Below, in pieces: positions 30,233 to 39,451 of a stretch of 64,000 bases of DNA. Source of the DNA: Gammaproteobacteria bacterium (lineage in GTDB: Bacteria; Pseudomonadota; Gammaproteobacteria; Steroidobacterales; Rariloculaceae). The stretch covers positions 7,733-71,732 of the forward strand of contig JBJHBW010000015.1 in assembly GCA_050485685.1 (NCBI GenBank). The letters run 5' to 3'. Positions within the stretch are counted from its first letter, which is position 1; every line of letters begins with the position of its first letter. The translations under genes were made by a program, and so were the position numbers. The notes under the pieces were generated by a model. It ran no database searches. It saw only the letters and a list, made by a program, of their open reading frames with translations, and was not told the origin of the DNA.

Positions 30233-30577
30233 TCAGACCTTTTCCTTGATACGCGCCGATTTGCCACTGCGATCGCGCAGGTAATAGAGCTTGGCACGAC
30301 GCACGTCACCGCGACGCTTGACCTGAATGCTCGCAACCGCCGGGCTGTGCGTCTGGAATACGCGCTCCACTCCCTCGCCATGCGACACCTTGCGCACCGT
30401 GAACGACGAGTTAAGGCCGCGATTGCGCTTTGCTATCACAACGCCTTCGTAGGCCTGCAGACGCTCACGTTCGCCTTCCTTGACCCGGACCTGCACAACG
30501 ACCGTGTCACCCGGCGCGAACTCCGGCACATCCTGTTTAAGCTGCTCACGCTCGAGCTCGTCAATCACCCTGGCCAT
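30233..30577 (-). CDS. rplS: 50S ribosomal protein L19
   Basis: [34 protein letters not shown]. Confidence 0.99.
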   Translation of the reverse strand: MARVIDELEREQLKQDVPEFAPGDTVVVQVRVKEGERERLQAYEGVVIAKRNRGLNSSFTVRKVSHGEGVERVFQTHSPAVASIQVKRRGDVRRAKLYYLRDRSGKSARIKEKV

Positions 30578-30610
30578 TTCTGATCCCCTTCTTCGCCGTT
30601 CCAGGCATCC

Positions 30611-31384
30611 TTAAGTGTCTGTTCCATCCGTGCCACATCGTGCCGCACGGCTCTCACTTCTGAATTCGTCCAGCAGCACGCGTTCCTCTTCGGTCAGCGT
30701 CCTTTGCTGCAGCAGCTGCGGTCGTCGCAGCCAGGTACGCCCCAGGGCCTGTTTCAGCCGCCAGCGCCGAACCTCTTCATGGTGCCCCCCGAGCAACACC
30801 TCGGGCACACGCATTCCGTCTATCTGTTCCGGGCGGGTGTATTGCGGGAAGTCCAGCAATTCACCCGTGAAGGAATCCTGCTCGGCGGACTGTTCATGTC
30901 CCAGCACACCGGGCAGCAACCTTACCACCGCATCGATCAGGACAGCAGCAGCCGGCTCGCCGCCGCTGAGTACGTAATCACCCAGCGACACTTCCTCCGG
31001 CACCTCGCCTTCAACGATCCGTTCATCCACTCCTTCGTAACGTCCGGCCACCAGCAACAGGCCCGGTGCCGCAGCCAGTTCGCGCGCGCAGGCCTGATCG
31101 AACGGCCTGCCCTGCGCGGTCAGCATCAGTTCCCGGCAACCGTTCGGCAATCGTGACCGCATGGCCCTGATGGCATCCCGCATGGGCTGATATCTCAGCA
31201 CCATGCCCGGCCCACCGCCATACGGTCGATCATCGACCGTCCGGTGTCGGTCGGACGTGTAATCGCGCGGAGTCACCTGCTCCAGAGAATACACGCCGTT
31301 CTCCCGGGCCCTGCCTACCACGCCAAAACGCGTGACCGGCTCAACCAGCTCAGGGAACAGTGCGACAACGCCGATGCGATACAC
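30611..31384 (-). CDS. trmD: tRNA (guanine37-N1)-methyltransferase
   Basis: DDRPYGGGPGM, GRYEGVDER, GDYVLSGGE. Confidence 0.98.
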   Translation of the reverse strand: MYRIGVVALFPELVEPVTRFGVVGRARENGVYSLEQVTPRDYTSDRHRTVDDRPYGGGPGMVLRYQPMRDAIRAMRSRLPNGCRELMLTAQGRPFDQACARELAAAPGLLLVAGRYEGVDERIVEGEVPEEVSLGDYVLSGGEPAAAVLIDAVVRLLPGVLGHEQSAEQDSFTGELLDFPQYTRPEQIDGMRVPEVLLGGHHEEVRRWRLKQALGRTWLRRPQLLQQRTLTEEERVLLDEFRSESRAARCGTDGTDT

Positions 31385-31387
31385 GCG

Positions 31388-31936
31388 CTATTCCCACCAG
31401 GAAGGATCCCAATCCACGACGATCACCCTTTTCTCAGGATCAACGTCGATGACCGTCCTGTCCATCACGAACGGTATCAGTCTGCCCGGTACTCCATCCA
31501 GAACCATCACGTCGTGCGCACCGGTACCGATCATGTGGTCCACCTGTCCCAGCAACCGGTCCTGCATGTCCACGACCTGCATGCCCTCCAGGTCCGTCCA
31601 GTAGTACTCGCCTGCCGCAAGCGCCGGCAGACTGTCGCGGCGCACCGCTATCGTCGCACCGATCAGCTCGCGCGCCGCATCCCTGTCCTCAACGCCTTCC
31701 AGCCCGACGACAACGCCCTTGCCGTGAAGCTGATGACCCGTCAGCGAAACCTCACGCTGCCGACCCTGGTGATTCAGTATCCAGGTGCTGTAACTGACGA
31801 TATTGTCGCGCGGCTCTGTGAAGGAATGAACTCGAACCCAGCCGCGAACTCCGTACACGCCGCTGATGCGACCAAGCTCAACCAGACGCGGTGCGGTACC
31901 CGTCGCAGCCAACGTGTCCCCGCCGGTCGGGGACAT
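31388..31936 (-). CDS. rimM: Ribosome maturation factor RimM
   Basis: GRISGVYGVRGW, EYYWTDLEG, LIPFV; operon position. Confidence 0.96.
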   Translation of the reverse strand: MSPTGGDTLAATGTAPRLVELGRISGVYGVRGWVRVHSFTEPRDNIVSYSTWILNHQGRQREVSLTGHQLHGKGVVVGLEGVEDRDAARELIGATIAVRRDSLPALAAGEYYWTDLEGMQVVDMQDRLLGQVDHMIGTGAHDVMVLDGVPGRLIPFVMDRTVIDVDPEKRVIVVDWDPSWWE

Positions 31937-31942
31937 GCCCGC

Positions 31943-32224
31943 TTACTCCGCGGCCTGCGCCTGTGGCGCTTCGCCCGGGCCGGTCTTGCGGTACTGCCTG
32001 ATCAGCTGGTCGACCCGGCCCGACGCCTGGGCACCCTGCGACAACCAGTGTTCTGCGCGCGCCAGGTCAATCGCCAGGCGCGTTTCGCCGCCGGTCGCGA
32101 TCGGATTGAAATAGCCGAGACGCTCGATGTATCGCCCATCGCGCCGGCTGCGGCCGTCCGTCACGACGATGTGATAGAACGGGCGCTTCAACGCTCCGCC
32201 GCGTGATAGACGAATTCTCACCAT
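31943..32224 (-). CDS. rpsP: 30S ribosomal protein S16
   Basis: [28 protein letters not shown]. Confidence 0.99.
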   Translation of the reverse strand: MVRIRLSRGGALKRPFYHIVVTDGRSRRDGRYIERLGYFNPIATGGETRLAIDLARAEHWLSQGAQASGRVDQLIRQYRKTGPGEAPQAQAAE

Positions 32225-32330
32225 AACTCGTTGAACCTCAGATTTTGCCTAATCAGATGTTGCAGGTTTTTGCATATACCTGCATTCGCGGCGGGGCACA
32301 GTTAACCCTTCCGGCCGCGGGAAACGCGCA

Positions 32331-32359
32331 ATTCTACTGGTTTTGCCGCTGAAGTGTAA
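32331..32359 (-). promoter_or_regulatory. Putative sigma70 promoter of the rpsP operon
   Basis: Minus strand TTACAC-17 bp-TAGAAT. Confidence 0.55.
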
Positions 32360-32390
32360 GCGTCGGGCGATATTTCCGACACGCCCCGTT

Positions 32391-33749
32391 TCAGGCGCCC
32401 GGACCGGGCCGGCCCTGCCCTTTCAGGACCCCGGCCAGCATTCGCTGCATGTTGCCGCCGCGGGAGACCTTCTTCATGGTCTTTGCCAGCTGCTTGTGCT
32501 GCTTCAGCAGGCGGTTGACATCCTGCACCGAACTGCCCGCGCCCGCCGCGATCCGCCGTTTGCGGGATCCATCGATCAGCATGGGCCGCCGACGCTCCAG
32601 CTTGGTCATCGAGTCGATGATGGCGATCTGGCGGCGTATCTGACGGTCATCGAACCCGGCGCCGGACAGCGCCTGAGGATTCACGCCGGGCAGCTTCTCG
32701 AGCAGCGCCCCCAGCCCGCCCATGTTCGTCAATTGTCCGAGCTGTTCACGCAGATCGTTCAGGTTCAGCTCGCGACCCTTCCTGACCTTGGTCGCAACCC
32801 GCTCCATGGCGTCGCGATCAACCTGCCGCTGCACCTGTTCGACAAATCCCACCACATCGCCCATCCCGAGGATGCGCGATGCGAAACGCTTCGGCGCAAA
32901 CGTCTCCAGCGCGTCGAGCCGCTCTCCGGTACCGACCAGTTTGATGGGAAGACCGGTGACCTCGCGAACGCTGAGCGCGGCGCCACCGCGCGCGTCACCA
33001 TCCGCCTTGCTGAGTATCACTCCCGTCAGCGGCAGTGCCTCGTGGAAAGCGCGCGCTGAGTTGACGGCATCCTGACCGGCCATCGCATCGAGCACAAACA
33101 GCGTTTCGACAGGAGACACGATGCGATGAATTGCACGCGCTTCTTCCATCAGCTGTTCGTCAATGTGAAGCCGGCCGGCCGTATCCACGATCAGCCAGCG
33201 ACATCCTTGCCGTCGCGCTTCGGAAAGTGCCGCTTCCGCTATGGCCCGGGGATTCTGCTCGGTCGAGTCCAGCCAGGCGGCTCCAAGCTCGGTCGCAAGG
33301 CGTGCGAGCTGCTCGCGGGCAGCTGGACGATACACGTCCGTGCTCACCATGAGCACATCGTTATCACGTCGTTTGGGCAACATGCGCGCGAGCTTACCGG
33401 CCGTCGTGGTCTTGCCCGCGCCCTGCAGGCCCACCAGCATGACCACTGCGGGGGTCGTCGATGCCTGCGCAAGCCCGGCCTGCTCACCACCCAGTACACG
33501 CACCAGCTCATCGTTGACGATCTTGGTGAAGGCCTGGCCCGGATTCAGGCTTCGCGCCACTTCTTCGCCCAGGGCTCGCTGGCGCACGCGCTCCACCAGC
33601 GTCTTGACCACGGGCACGGCAACGTCGGCTTCCAGCAATGCCATGCGAATCTGACGCACGGTGTCCCGCACGTTGTCTTCCGTGATCCGCCCGCGGCCGC
33701 TCATGCGTCGCACCGCACCGGAAAGTCGCTCTGTCAGGCTCTCAAACAT
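32391..33749 (-). CDS. ffh: Signal recognition particle protein Ffh
   Basis: MFESLTERL, GLQGAGKTT, DTAGR, KADGDARGG, M domain. Confidence 0.98.
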   Translation of the reverse strand: MFESLTERLSGAVRRMSGRGRITEDNVRDTVRQIRMALLEADVAVPVVKTLVERVRQRALGEEVARSLNPGQAFTKIVNDELVRVLGGEQAGLAQASTTPAVVMLVGLQGAGKTTTAGKLARMLPKRRDNDVLMVSTDVYRPAAREQLARLATELGAAWLDSTEQNPRAIAEAALSEARRQGCRWLIVDTAGRLHIDEQLMEEARAIHRIVSPVETLFVLDAMAGQDAVNSARAFHEALPLTGVILSKADGDARGGAALSVREVTGLPIKLVGTGERLDALETFAPKRFASRILGMGDVVGFVEQVQRQVDRDAMERVATKVRKGRELNLNDLREQLGQLTNMGGLGALLEKLPGVNPQALSGAGFDDRQIRRQIAIIDSMTKLERRRPMLIDGSRKRRIAAGAGSSVQDVNRLLKQHKQLAKTMKKVSRGGNMQRMLAGVLKGQGRPGPGA

Positions 33750-33882
33750 CCGCTACCCATCTTCGGCCCTCGAAGGGCCGCATTTCGACATACCCTCAAG
33801 TATAGGGGCTACATTTCCTTGACACACGATTTGCCGTTCGGACACTCTAGCGAACGGCTTTGGAATCAGGGGATCTCCGTTT

Positions 33883-35172
33883 TTGAGTGACGATGTTCCG
33901 CTAGAACCACTCTTCGGAATTCTTTTCGTACTGCTTGCCCTGTCGGCATTCTTCTCGAGCTCCGAAACGGCGCTGATGAGCCTCAACCGGTATCGGTTGA
34001 GGCACAAGGCACGATCAGGTCACCGCGCAGCCCGGATTGCCGAGCGCCTGCTGCAGCGTCCGGATCGGCTGATAGGTCTGATCCTGCTTGGCAACAACCT
34101 TGTGAATCTCGCGGCCGCGGCCCTGGTTACGGTCATCTCCATCCGCCTCGGCGGCGAGCGGGCAATATTTGCCGGCACGCTGATACTCACATTTGTGATC
34201 CTGATATTCGCCGAGGTCGCGCCCAAGACCATCGCCGCCCTGCATCCGCAGCGCCTGGCGTTCCCCGCGGCGCTGATCTATTACCCGCTGCTGAAAGTCA
34301 CCTATCCGGTCGTCTGGTGCATCAATCTGTTCGCAAACGGCCTGCTGCGACTCGTTGGCGTGCACCCCGATCGCGGCACTTCGAACTCCCTGACATCGGA
34401 CGAATTGCGCACGGTTCTGGCTGAAGCCGGCGTCATGATGCCCAGGCGACATCAGCGCATGCTGATCAGCATTCTGGACCTGGACGCCATCACGGTCGAC
34501 GATGTGATGGTGCCGCGACAGGAAATCGTGGGCATAGATCTCGAACTGGACTGGGAAACCAATCTTGCCGTCATCCGCGATACAGAGTTCAACCGGCTGC
34601 CGGTCTACCGTGACGACATAGATAATCTGATCGGTGTCGTGCGCGTACGCAAACTGATGCCGGAAATCGCTCTTGGCACTCTGAACGAAGAACGTCTGCT
34701 CACCTTCCTGCGTGAGCCGGCCTTTGTACCCGAAAGCACACCCCTGAATCGGCAACTGCTGAACTTCCAGCAGACCCAGCGTCGTTCGGCCTTCGTCATT
34801 GACGAATACGGCGACATTCAGGGACTGATCACGACGGAAGACATCCTGCGAGAGATTGTCGGTGAATTCGACACCGGCGGCACGCCGCAGGACCTTGGTA
34901 TCACACGCGAAAGCGAACACCAGTATGTCATCGAAGCAGGCGTCAACGTGCGGCAGCTCAATCGCCTGATGTCCTGGCACCTGCCGACCGACGGGCCGAA
35001 GACGCTGAACGGTCTGATTCTGGAACGGCTGGAAACCATCCCCGAGGCAGGCGCGCGAGTCACGATTGCCGGCTACGTGATCGAAATACTGCAACGCGGT
35101 GAGAATACGATACGCAAAGTGCGTATCGTGCCGCCGGAATCGGCGCGCCGGAGTCACGCCGTACCGATATGA
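33883..35172 (+). CDS. HlyC/CorC (CNNM, DUF21-CBS-CorC) family protein, YfjD-like
   Basis: FFSSSETAL, ILLGNNLVN, FAEVAPK, CBS pair (VMVPR, DEYGDIQGL), C-terminal CorC domain. Confidence 0.92.
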   Translation: MSDDVPLEPLFGILFVLLALSAFFSSSETALMSLNRYRLRHKARSGHRAARIAERLLQRPDRLIGLILLGNNLVNLAAAALVTVISIRLGGERAIFAGTLILTFVILIFAEVAPKTIAALHPQRLAFPAALIYYPLLKVTYPVVWCINLFANGLLRLVGVHPDRGTSNSLTSDELRTVLAEAGVMMPRRHQRMLISILDLDAITVDDVMVPRQEIVGIDLELDWETNLAVIRDTEFNRLPVYRDDIDNLIGVVRVRKLMPEIALGTLNEERLLTFLREPAFVPESTPLNRQLLNFQQTQRRSAFVIDEYGDIQGLITTEDILREIVGEFDTGGTPQDLGITRESEHQYVIEAGVNVRQLNRLMSWHLPTDGPKTLNGLILERLETIPEAGARVTIAGYVIEILQRGENTIRKVRIVPPESARRSHAVPI

Positions 35173-35245
35173 TTCGCGCGTCGGGACATGCAGTCCTGAA
35201 TTCAGCTGCCTGCTGGATACGTCAGGCGGCGTACGACGCCCGATC

Positions 35246-36610
35246 TCAGCTTCTTTCGCGGTCAAACGCCGCAGCCAGCGCACCGCCCAGCTGATCGACA
35301 GCAATCACTTCGATACCCTGCATCTGACGCGGGGCATTTGCACGCGGCACCAGCACGCGGCGAAAACCGTGTCTGGCCGCCTCCAGGATTCGCTCCTCAC
35401 CGAAAGGAACGGGCCTGACTTCGCCGGTAAGACCGATTTCTCCGAATACGGCCAGGTCACGCGGAAGTGCGGCTTCGCGCAGACTGGATACGACTGCAAG
35501 CGCAACCGCGAGATCGGCAGCGGTCTCCGACACACGCAGGCCGCCGACGACGTTGGCGTACACATCGTGTCCGGCCAGAGCCAGGCCGCAATGCCGGTGC
35601 AGCACGGCCAGCAACAGACCCAGGCGCTGGCCTTCCAGCCCCTGGGCCAGGCGACGCGGCGACGAGGAAGTGCTGCCCACGTCTGCCAGCGCCTGCACTT
35701 CGACCAGCACCGGCCGGCTGCTCTCGCGGGTGATCAGCGTGACACTGCCCGGCACCGGCCGGCTGCCTCGCGACAGAAAGATCGCGGACGGATTACTGAC
35801 TTCTCGGAACCCCGACTGATCCATCGCGAAGAATCCGAGCTCGTTCGCGGCACCGAATCGATTCTTCACTGTGCGAATGATGCGCACACGGCTGCCCGCA
35901 TCGCTTTCGAAATACAGTACGGCGTCGACCATGTGCTCCAGTACCCGGGGACCGGCCAGCGTTCCCTCCTTGGTGACATGCCCCACAAGCCAGGTTGCAA
36001 CATTCCGGGATTTCGCGAACTGCACCAGCACCTGCGCCGATTCACGCACCTGACTGACAGTACCAGGCGCCGATGCGCTTCGCTCACTGAACAGAGTCTG
36101 GATCGAATCGATGACCAGCAAGGCAGGTGGCGAAGACTCAAGGTCCGCGATAATGCGTTCCACGCAGGTTTCGGCCAGCAGCGTCAGAGGGGCATCGGCC
36201 ACACCAAGACGCTCGGCACGAAGCCCGACCTGCGCCAGCGATTCCTCGCCTGTCACGTAGCACGCTGCGGCAGCGCGCGCAGCAGCCGCCAGCGAACTGA
36301 GCAGCAGTGTGGACTTACCTATGCCGGGATCGCCTCCTATCAACACCACGGAACCGGGCACCAGACCTCCACCCAGAACCCGGTCCAGCTCACCGAATCC
36401 GGTGGCCATACGCTGAACGCCAGTCGTCTGCAGACCGTCAAGACGGGTAAGCTCCGTACGCCCCGCGTAGTGGGCGGAGGCGGCCCGGTCAATACGACCG
36501 GTCTGCTCCGCCAGGGTGTTCCAGGCACCGCAATCCGGGCACTGCCCCTGCCATTTCGGCTGTCGGGCACCACACTCGCTGCAGGTATATACCGTCTTGA
36601 GGCGCGTCAT
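35246..36610 (-). CDS. radA: DNA repair protein RadA/Sms
   Basis: N-terminal C4 Zn finger, GGDPGIGKST, KNRFG motif, Lon-like C-terminus. Confidence 0.97.
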   Translation of the reverse strand: MTRLKTVYTCSECGARQPKWQGQCPDCGAWNTLAEQTGRIDRAASAHYAGRTELTRLDGLQTTGVQRMATGFGELDRVLGGGLVPGSVVLIGGDPGIGKSTLLLSSLAAAARAAAACYVTGEESLAQVGLRAERLGVADAPLTLLAETCVERIIADLESSPPALLVIDSIQTLFSERSASAPGTVSQVRESAQVLVQFAKSRNVATWLVGHVTKEGTLAGPRVLEHMVDAVLYFESDAGSRVRIIRTVKNRFGAANELGFFAMDQSGFREVSNPSAIFLSRGSRPVPGSVTLITRESSRPVLVEVQALADVGSTSSSPRRLAQGLEGQRLGLLLAVLHRHCGLALAGHDVYANVVGGLRVSETAADLAVALAVVSSLREAALPRDLAVFGEIGLTGEVRPVPFGEERILEAARHGFRRVLVPRANAPRQMQGIEVIAVDQLGGALAAAFDRERS

Positions 36611-36778
36611 GATGGCGAGAGCATAGCGGAATCGTGCCGAATGCGGTCAGGAACGATTGCGGACATACAGGGCCGTTGAAAGACGTGCCTGCATCGCGAA
36701 AAACGGGCATGCATCACGCTGAAATGCCCAAGCCGATGCGATACTTGCCCGCTCCACACAGGGTCTCCACAGACAGCC

Positions 36779-37735
36779 GTGCTATCACTGTTCCGCAAGC
36801 TATCCCGTACCCGCACAGATCGCGCCGGCGCGGACCCGGGGGATAGGCGCGAGCCGTATTCCGGGCATGAGCCGGCGGATCTGACAGCGACCGGTTACGG
36901 CGGCGGACGAAACAGGCTGGGCCGGTACGAACTGCTGGAAACGATAGGCACAGGTACGAACGGAACTGTATATCTCGCCCAGGATCCCAGAATCAACCGC
37001 AGGGTCGCGATCAAGGCCATAGATTTCAGCGTGGAGTTCGTTCCCGAGGAACTCGACGGTGCCCGGCAACGCTTTCTGCGCGAAGCGCAAACCGCAGGCC
37101 GACTCAATCATCCGGACATTGTCACCATCCATGACGTCGGCGAACACGATGGTCTTGGCTATATCGCGATGGAGTACGTTTCCGGGAACCGACTCAGCGA
37201 TTTCACCGCTCCCGACCGTCTGCTACCGATCCCGGTCGTGCTCGATGTGACCGCCAGAGTCGCCGATGCCCTGCATTACGCACATCGGCAGAATGTCGTG
37301 CACAGGGATATCAAGCCGGCGAATATTATGTATGATTCAGCCTCACGCAGCCTGAAAATAACAGACTTCGGAATAGCCAGACTTATTGACGCCGGACGTA
37401 CTCGAACAGGCATCGTACTGGGCACGCCTTCGTTCATGTCGCCGGAGCAGCTCGAAGGGGAAAACGTGAACGCGCACACGGACTTATTCGCGTTGGGTGT
37501 TACCCTGTACCAACTGTTGACCTCTCGCCTGCCTTTCCACGGAGACTCCATGACGAAGCTGATGTTCGTTATCGCCAACGAACCGCACACACCTGTCACG
37601 ACGTTACGCCCGCAGCTGCCGCGTCGCATGGATCAGATCATGGACCGGGCGCTGGCGAAGCGTCCCGAGCATCGGTATCAGTCCGGCGCTGCAATGGCAG
37701 CGGACCTGCGCGATGTCGCCCGGGCAATTGCCTGA
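36779..37735 (+). CDS. Soluble Hanks-type Ser/Thr protein kinase
   Basis: IGTGTNGTVY, VAIK, HRDIKPAN, DFGIAR, GTPSFMSPE, DLFALG. No TM or sensor domain; start uncertain. Confidence 0.93.
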   Translation: MLSLFRKLSRTRTDRAGADPGDRREPYSGHEPADLTATGYGGGRNRLGRYELLETIGTGTNGTVYLAQDPRINRRVAIKAIDFSVEFVPEELDGARQRFLREAQTAGRLNHPDIVTIHDVGEHDGLGYIAMEYVSGNRLSDFTAPDRLLPIPVVLDVTARVADALHYAHRQNVVHRDIKPANIMYDSASRSLKITDFGIARLIDAGRTRTGIVLGTPSFMSPEQLEGENVNAHTDLFALGVTLYQLLTSRLPFHGDSMTKLMFVIANEPHTPVTTLRPQLPRRMDQIMDRALAKRPEHRYQSGAAMAADLRDVARAIA

Positions 37736-37765
37736 CAGCTCTGGACGGACGGCGGGCGCATACGT

Positions 37766-38590
37766 ATGAATCTCAGAGGCAAATTTGTTCACGTCGAACT
37801 GTCCGACGTCGGCAAGGTTCGCGATCATAACGAAGACGCTATCGGTGCCGAGCCCGACATAGGCCTCTGGGTACTCGCCGATGGCATGGGCGGCTATAAC
37901 GCCGGCGAAGTGGCCAGCGGAATTGCGGTTAAGACCGTCATCGAAATGGTGACCTCGTCCTGCAGACGCGAGAACCGCAACGACATAGAGCCGGACACCG
38001 GCTTCATGCGGCAGACCATCGCGCTACGCGACGCGGTGTATCGGGCGAACAAGATCATTCACCAGACGGCCAGAACTCAGCCGCAATGTGAGGGCATGGG
38101 TACAACACTGGTCGCCTGCCTGTTCTACGACAACAAGATCTCGGTGGCTCATGTGGGCGACTCGCGACTTTACCGGCTGCGCGGGACCCGCTTCGAGCAG
38201 ATCACGATGGACCACTCACTGTTGCAGGAACTGGTCGATCGCGGCTTCTATTCACAGGAAGAGGCACAGCGGGCTACAAACCGCAACTATGTGACCCGCG
38301 CTCTCGGCGTGGAACCCGGTGTGGATGTGGAGGTGCAGGAAGCAGAAGTCGAGAAAGGCGACTACTTTCTCTTATGTTCCGACGGGCTGCCGGACATGGT
38401 GGAAGACGAAGACATACACCTGACCATCAGCACTTTTGAGAACGACGTAAAGACCATAGGCGAACAACTCATCAAGCTAAGCAACGACAACGGCGGTCGC
38501 GACAACATCTCGCTGGTGCTGGTCCGTGTCGTGGACAGCTTTCCTGCCAACGCGGGATTGTTCGACAAATTCAGAAAACTGTTCGGGTAA
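37766..38590 (+). CDS. PP2C (Stp1/IreP-type) Ser/Thr phosphatase
   Basis: RDHNED, LADGMGG, GMGTT, HVGDSR, CSDGL, GGRDNIS. Confidence 0.94.
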   Translation: MNLRGKFVHVELSDVGKVRDHNEDAIGAEPDIGLWVLADGMGGYNAGEVASGIAVKTVIEMVTSSCRRENRNDIEPDTGFMRQTIALRDAVYRANKIIHQTARTQPQCEGMGTTLVACLFYDNKISVAHVGDSRLYRLRGTRFEQITMDHSLLQELVDRGFYSQEEAQRATNRNYVTRALGVEPGVDVEVQEAEVEKGDYFLLCSDGLPDMVEDEDIHLTISTFENDVKTIGEQLIKLSNDNGGRDNISLVLVRVVDSFPANAGLFDKFRKLFG

Positions 38591-38604
38591 ACGGGACTAT
38601 AACG

Positions 38605-39417
38605 ATGGCACGCCTGATACTCAGCTTGGACAGCCAGACCCTGGCTGAATACAACATGACCAAGGAGCGTTATACCGTGGGTCGTTTGCCCGACAACGAC
38701 ATCCGTATCGATAACGCCGCCGTCAGCGGTCATCACTCGCTCATCATCAACATACTGAACGATTCATTCCTCGAGGATCTGAACAGCACCAACGGCACCT
38801 ACGTCAATGGCAAACTGATCAAGAAACATGCCTTGCAGCATGGAGATGTCATCACCGTCGGACACCATCAGCTTCGCTACGTTGATGATCAGGCGGATCA
38901 GGCGCCAGACGACGAGTTCGAAAAGACCATGGTCATAGAGTCCAGTGCCCAGGTCGAGCGCCATGTCGCGAAAGCCGCCGAAGTCGCGGCGGGCCGTGCC
39001 ACCGCAACCCCGGCAGCGCCAGCTGCGACTGCCGGCGCTTCGACGACAGGTGAACAGCCGTCGGGCGACCTTAACTCCCCGGCGCCCCGGCGCGCATTCT
39101 CACCCACCGAAACTCAGGACGTGGATCCGGATGCTGTCCCGGTCCTGCCGCTGGCCAAGTTGCAGGTGCTGTCCGGCACCTTCGCCGGCAGGGAACTGGA
39201 GCTGACCAAGGCCCTGACGACACTGGGCCGGCCCGGTGTGCAGGTGGCTGCCATCACGCGCCGCGCAGAGGGCTATTTCATCGTGCATGTCGAGGGCGGC
39301 GAGGATCACGGCTATCCGCAGGTCAACGGCGCCAGCATCGGCCCGCAGGCTCGCAAACTCAAGGATAACGACGTGATTCAGCTGGCCGGCGTCAAGATGG
39401 GGTTTTTCCTGAGCTGA
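38605..39417 (+). CDS. FHA-domain protein (two FHA-like domains and a low-complexity linker)
   Basis: N-terminal GR...SGHH...DLNSTNGTYVNG; C-terminal degenerate FHA (TLGRPG...VNG...DVIQLAG). Confidence 0.88.
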   Translation: MARLILSLDSQTLAEYNMTKERYTVGRLPDNDIRIDNAAVSGHHSLIINILNDSFLEDLNSTNGTYVNGKLIKKHALQHGDVITVGHHQLRYVDDQADQAPDDEFEKTMVIESSAQVERHVAKAAEVAAGRATATPAAPAATAGASTTGEQPSGDLNSPAPRRAFSPTETQDVDPDAVPVLPLAKLQVLSGTFAGRELELTKALTTLGRPGVQVAAITRRAEGYFIVHVEGGEDHGYPQVNGASIGPQARKLKDNDVIQLAGVKMGFFLS

Positions 39418-39451
39418 CCCTGAGGCCCGGGTGACGGCAGGGCTCTTCTAT

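Noticed and set aside
29296-30381. 361-aa TatT ORF overlapping rplS
   Set aside because: The extension lies within rplS in another frame; the lipoprotein signal indicates a start at or below 30213.
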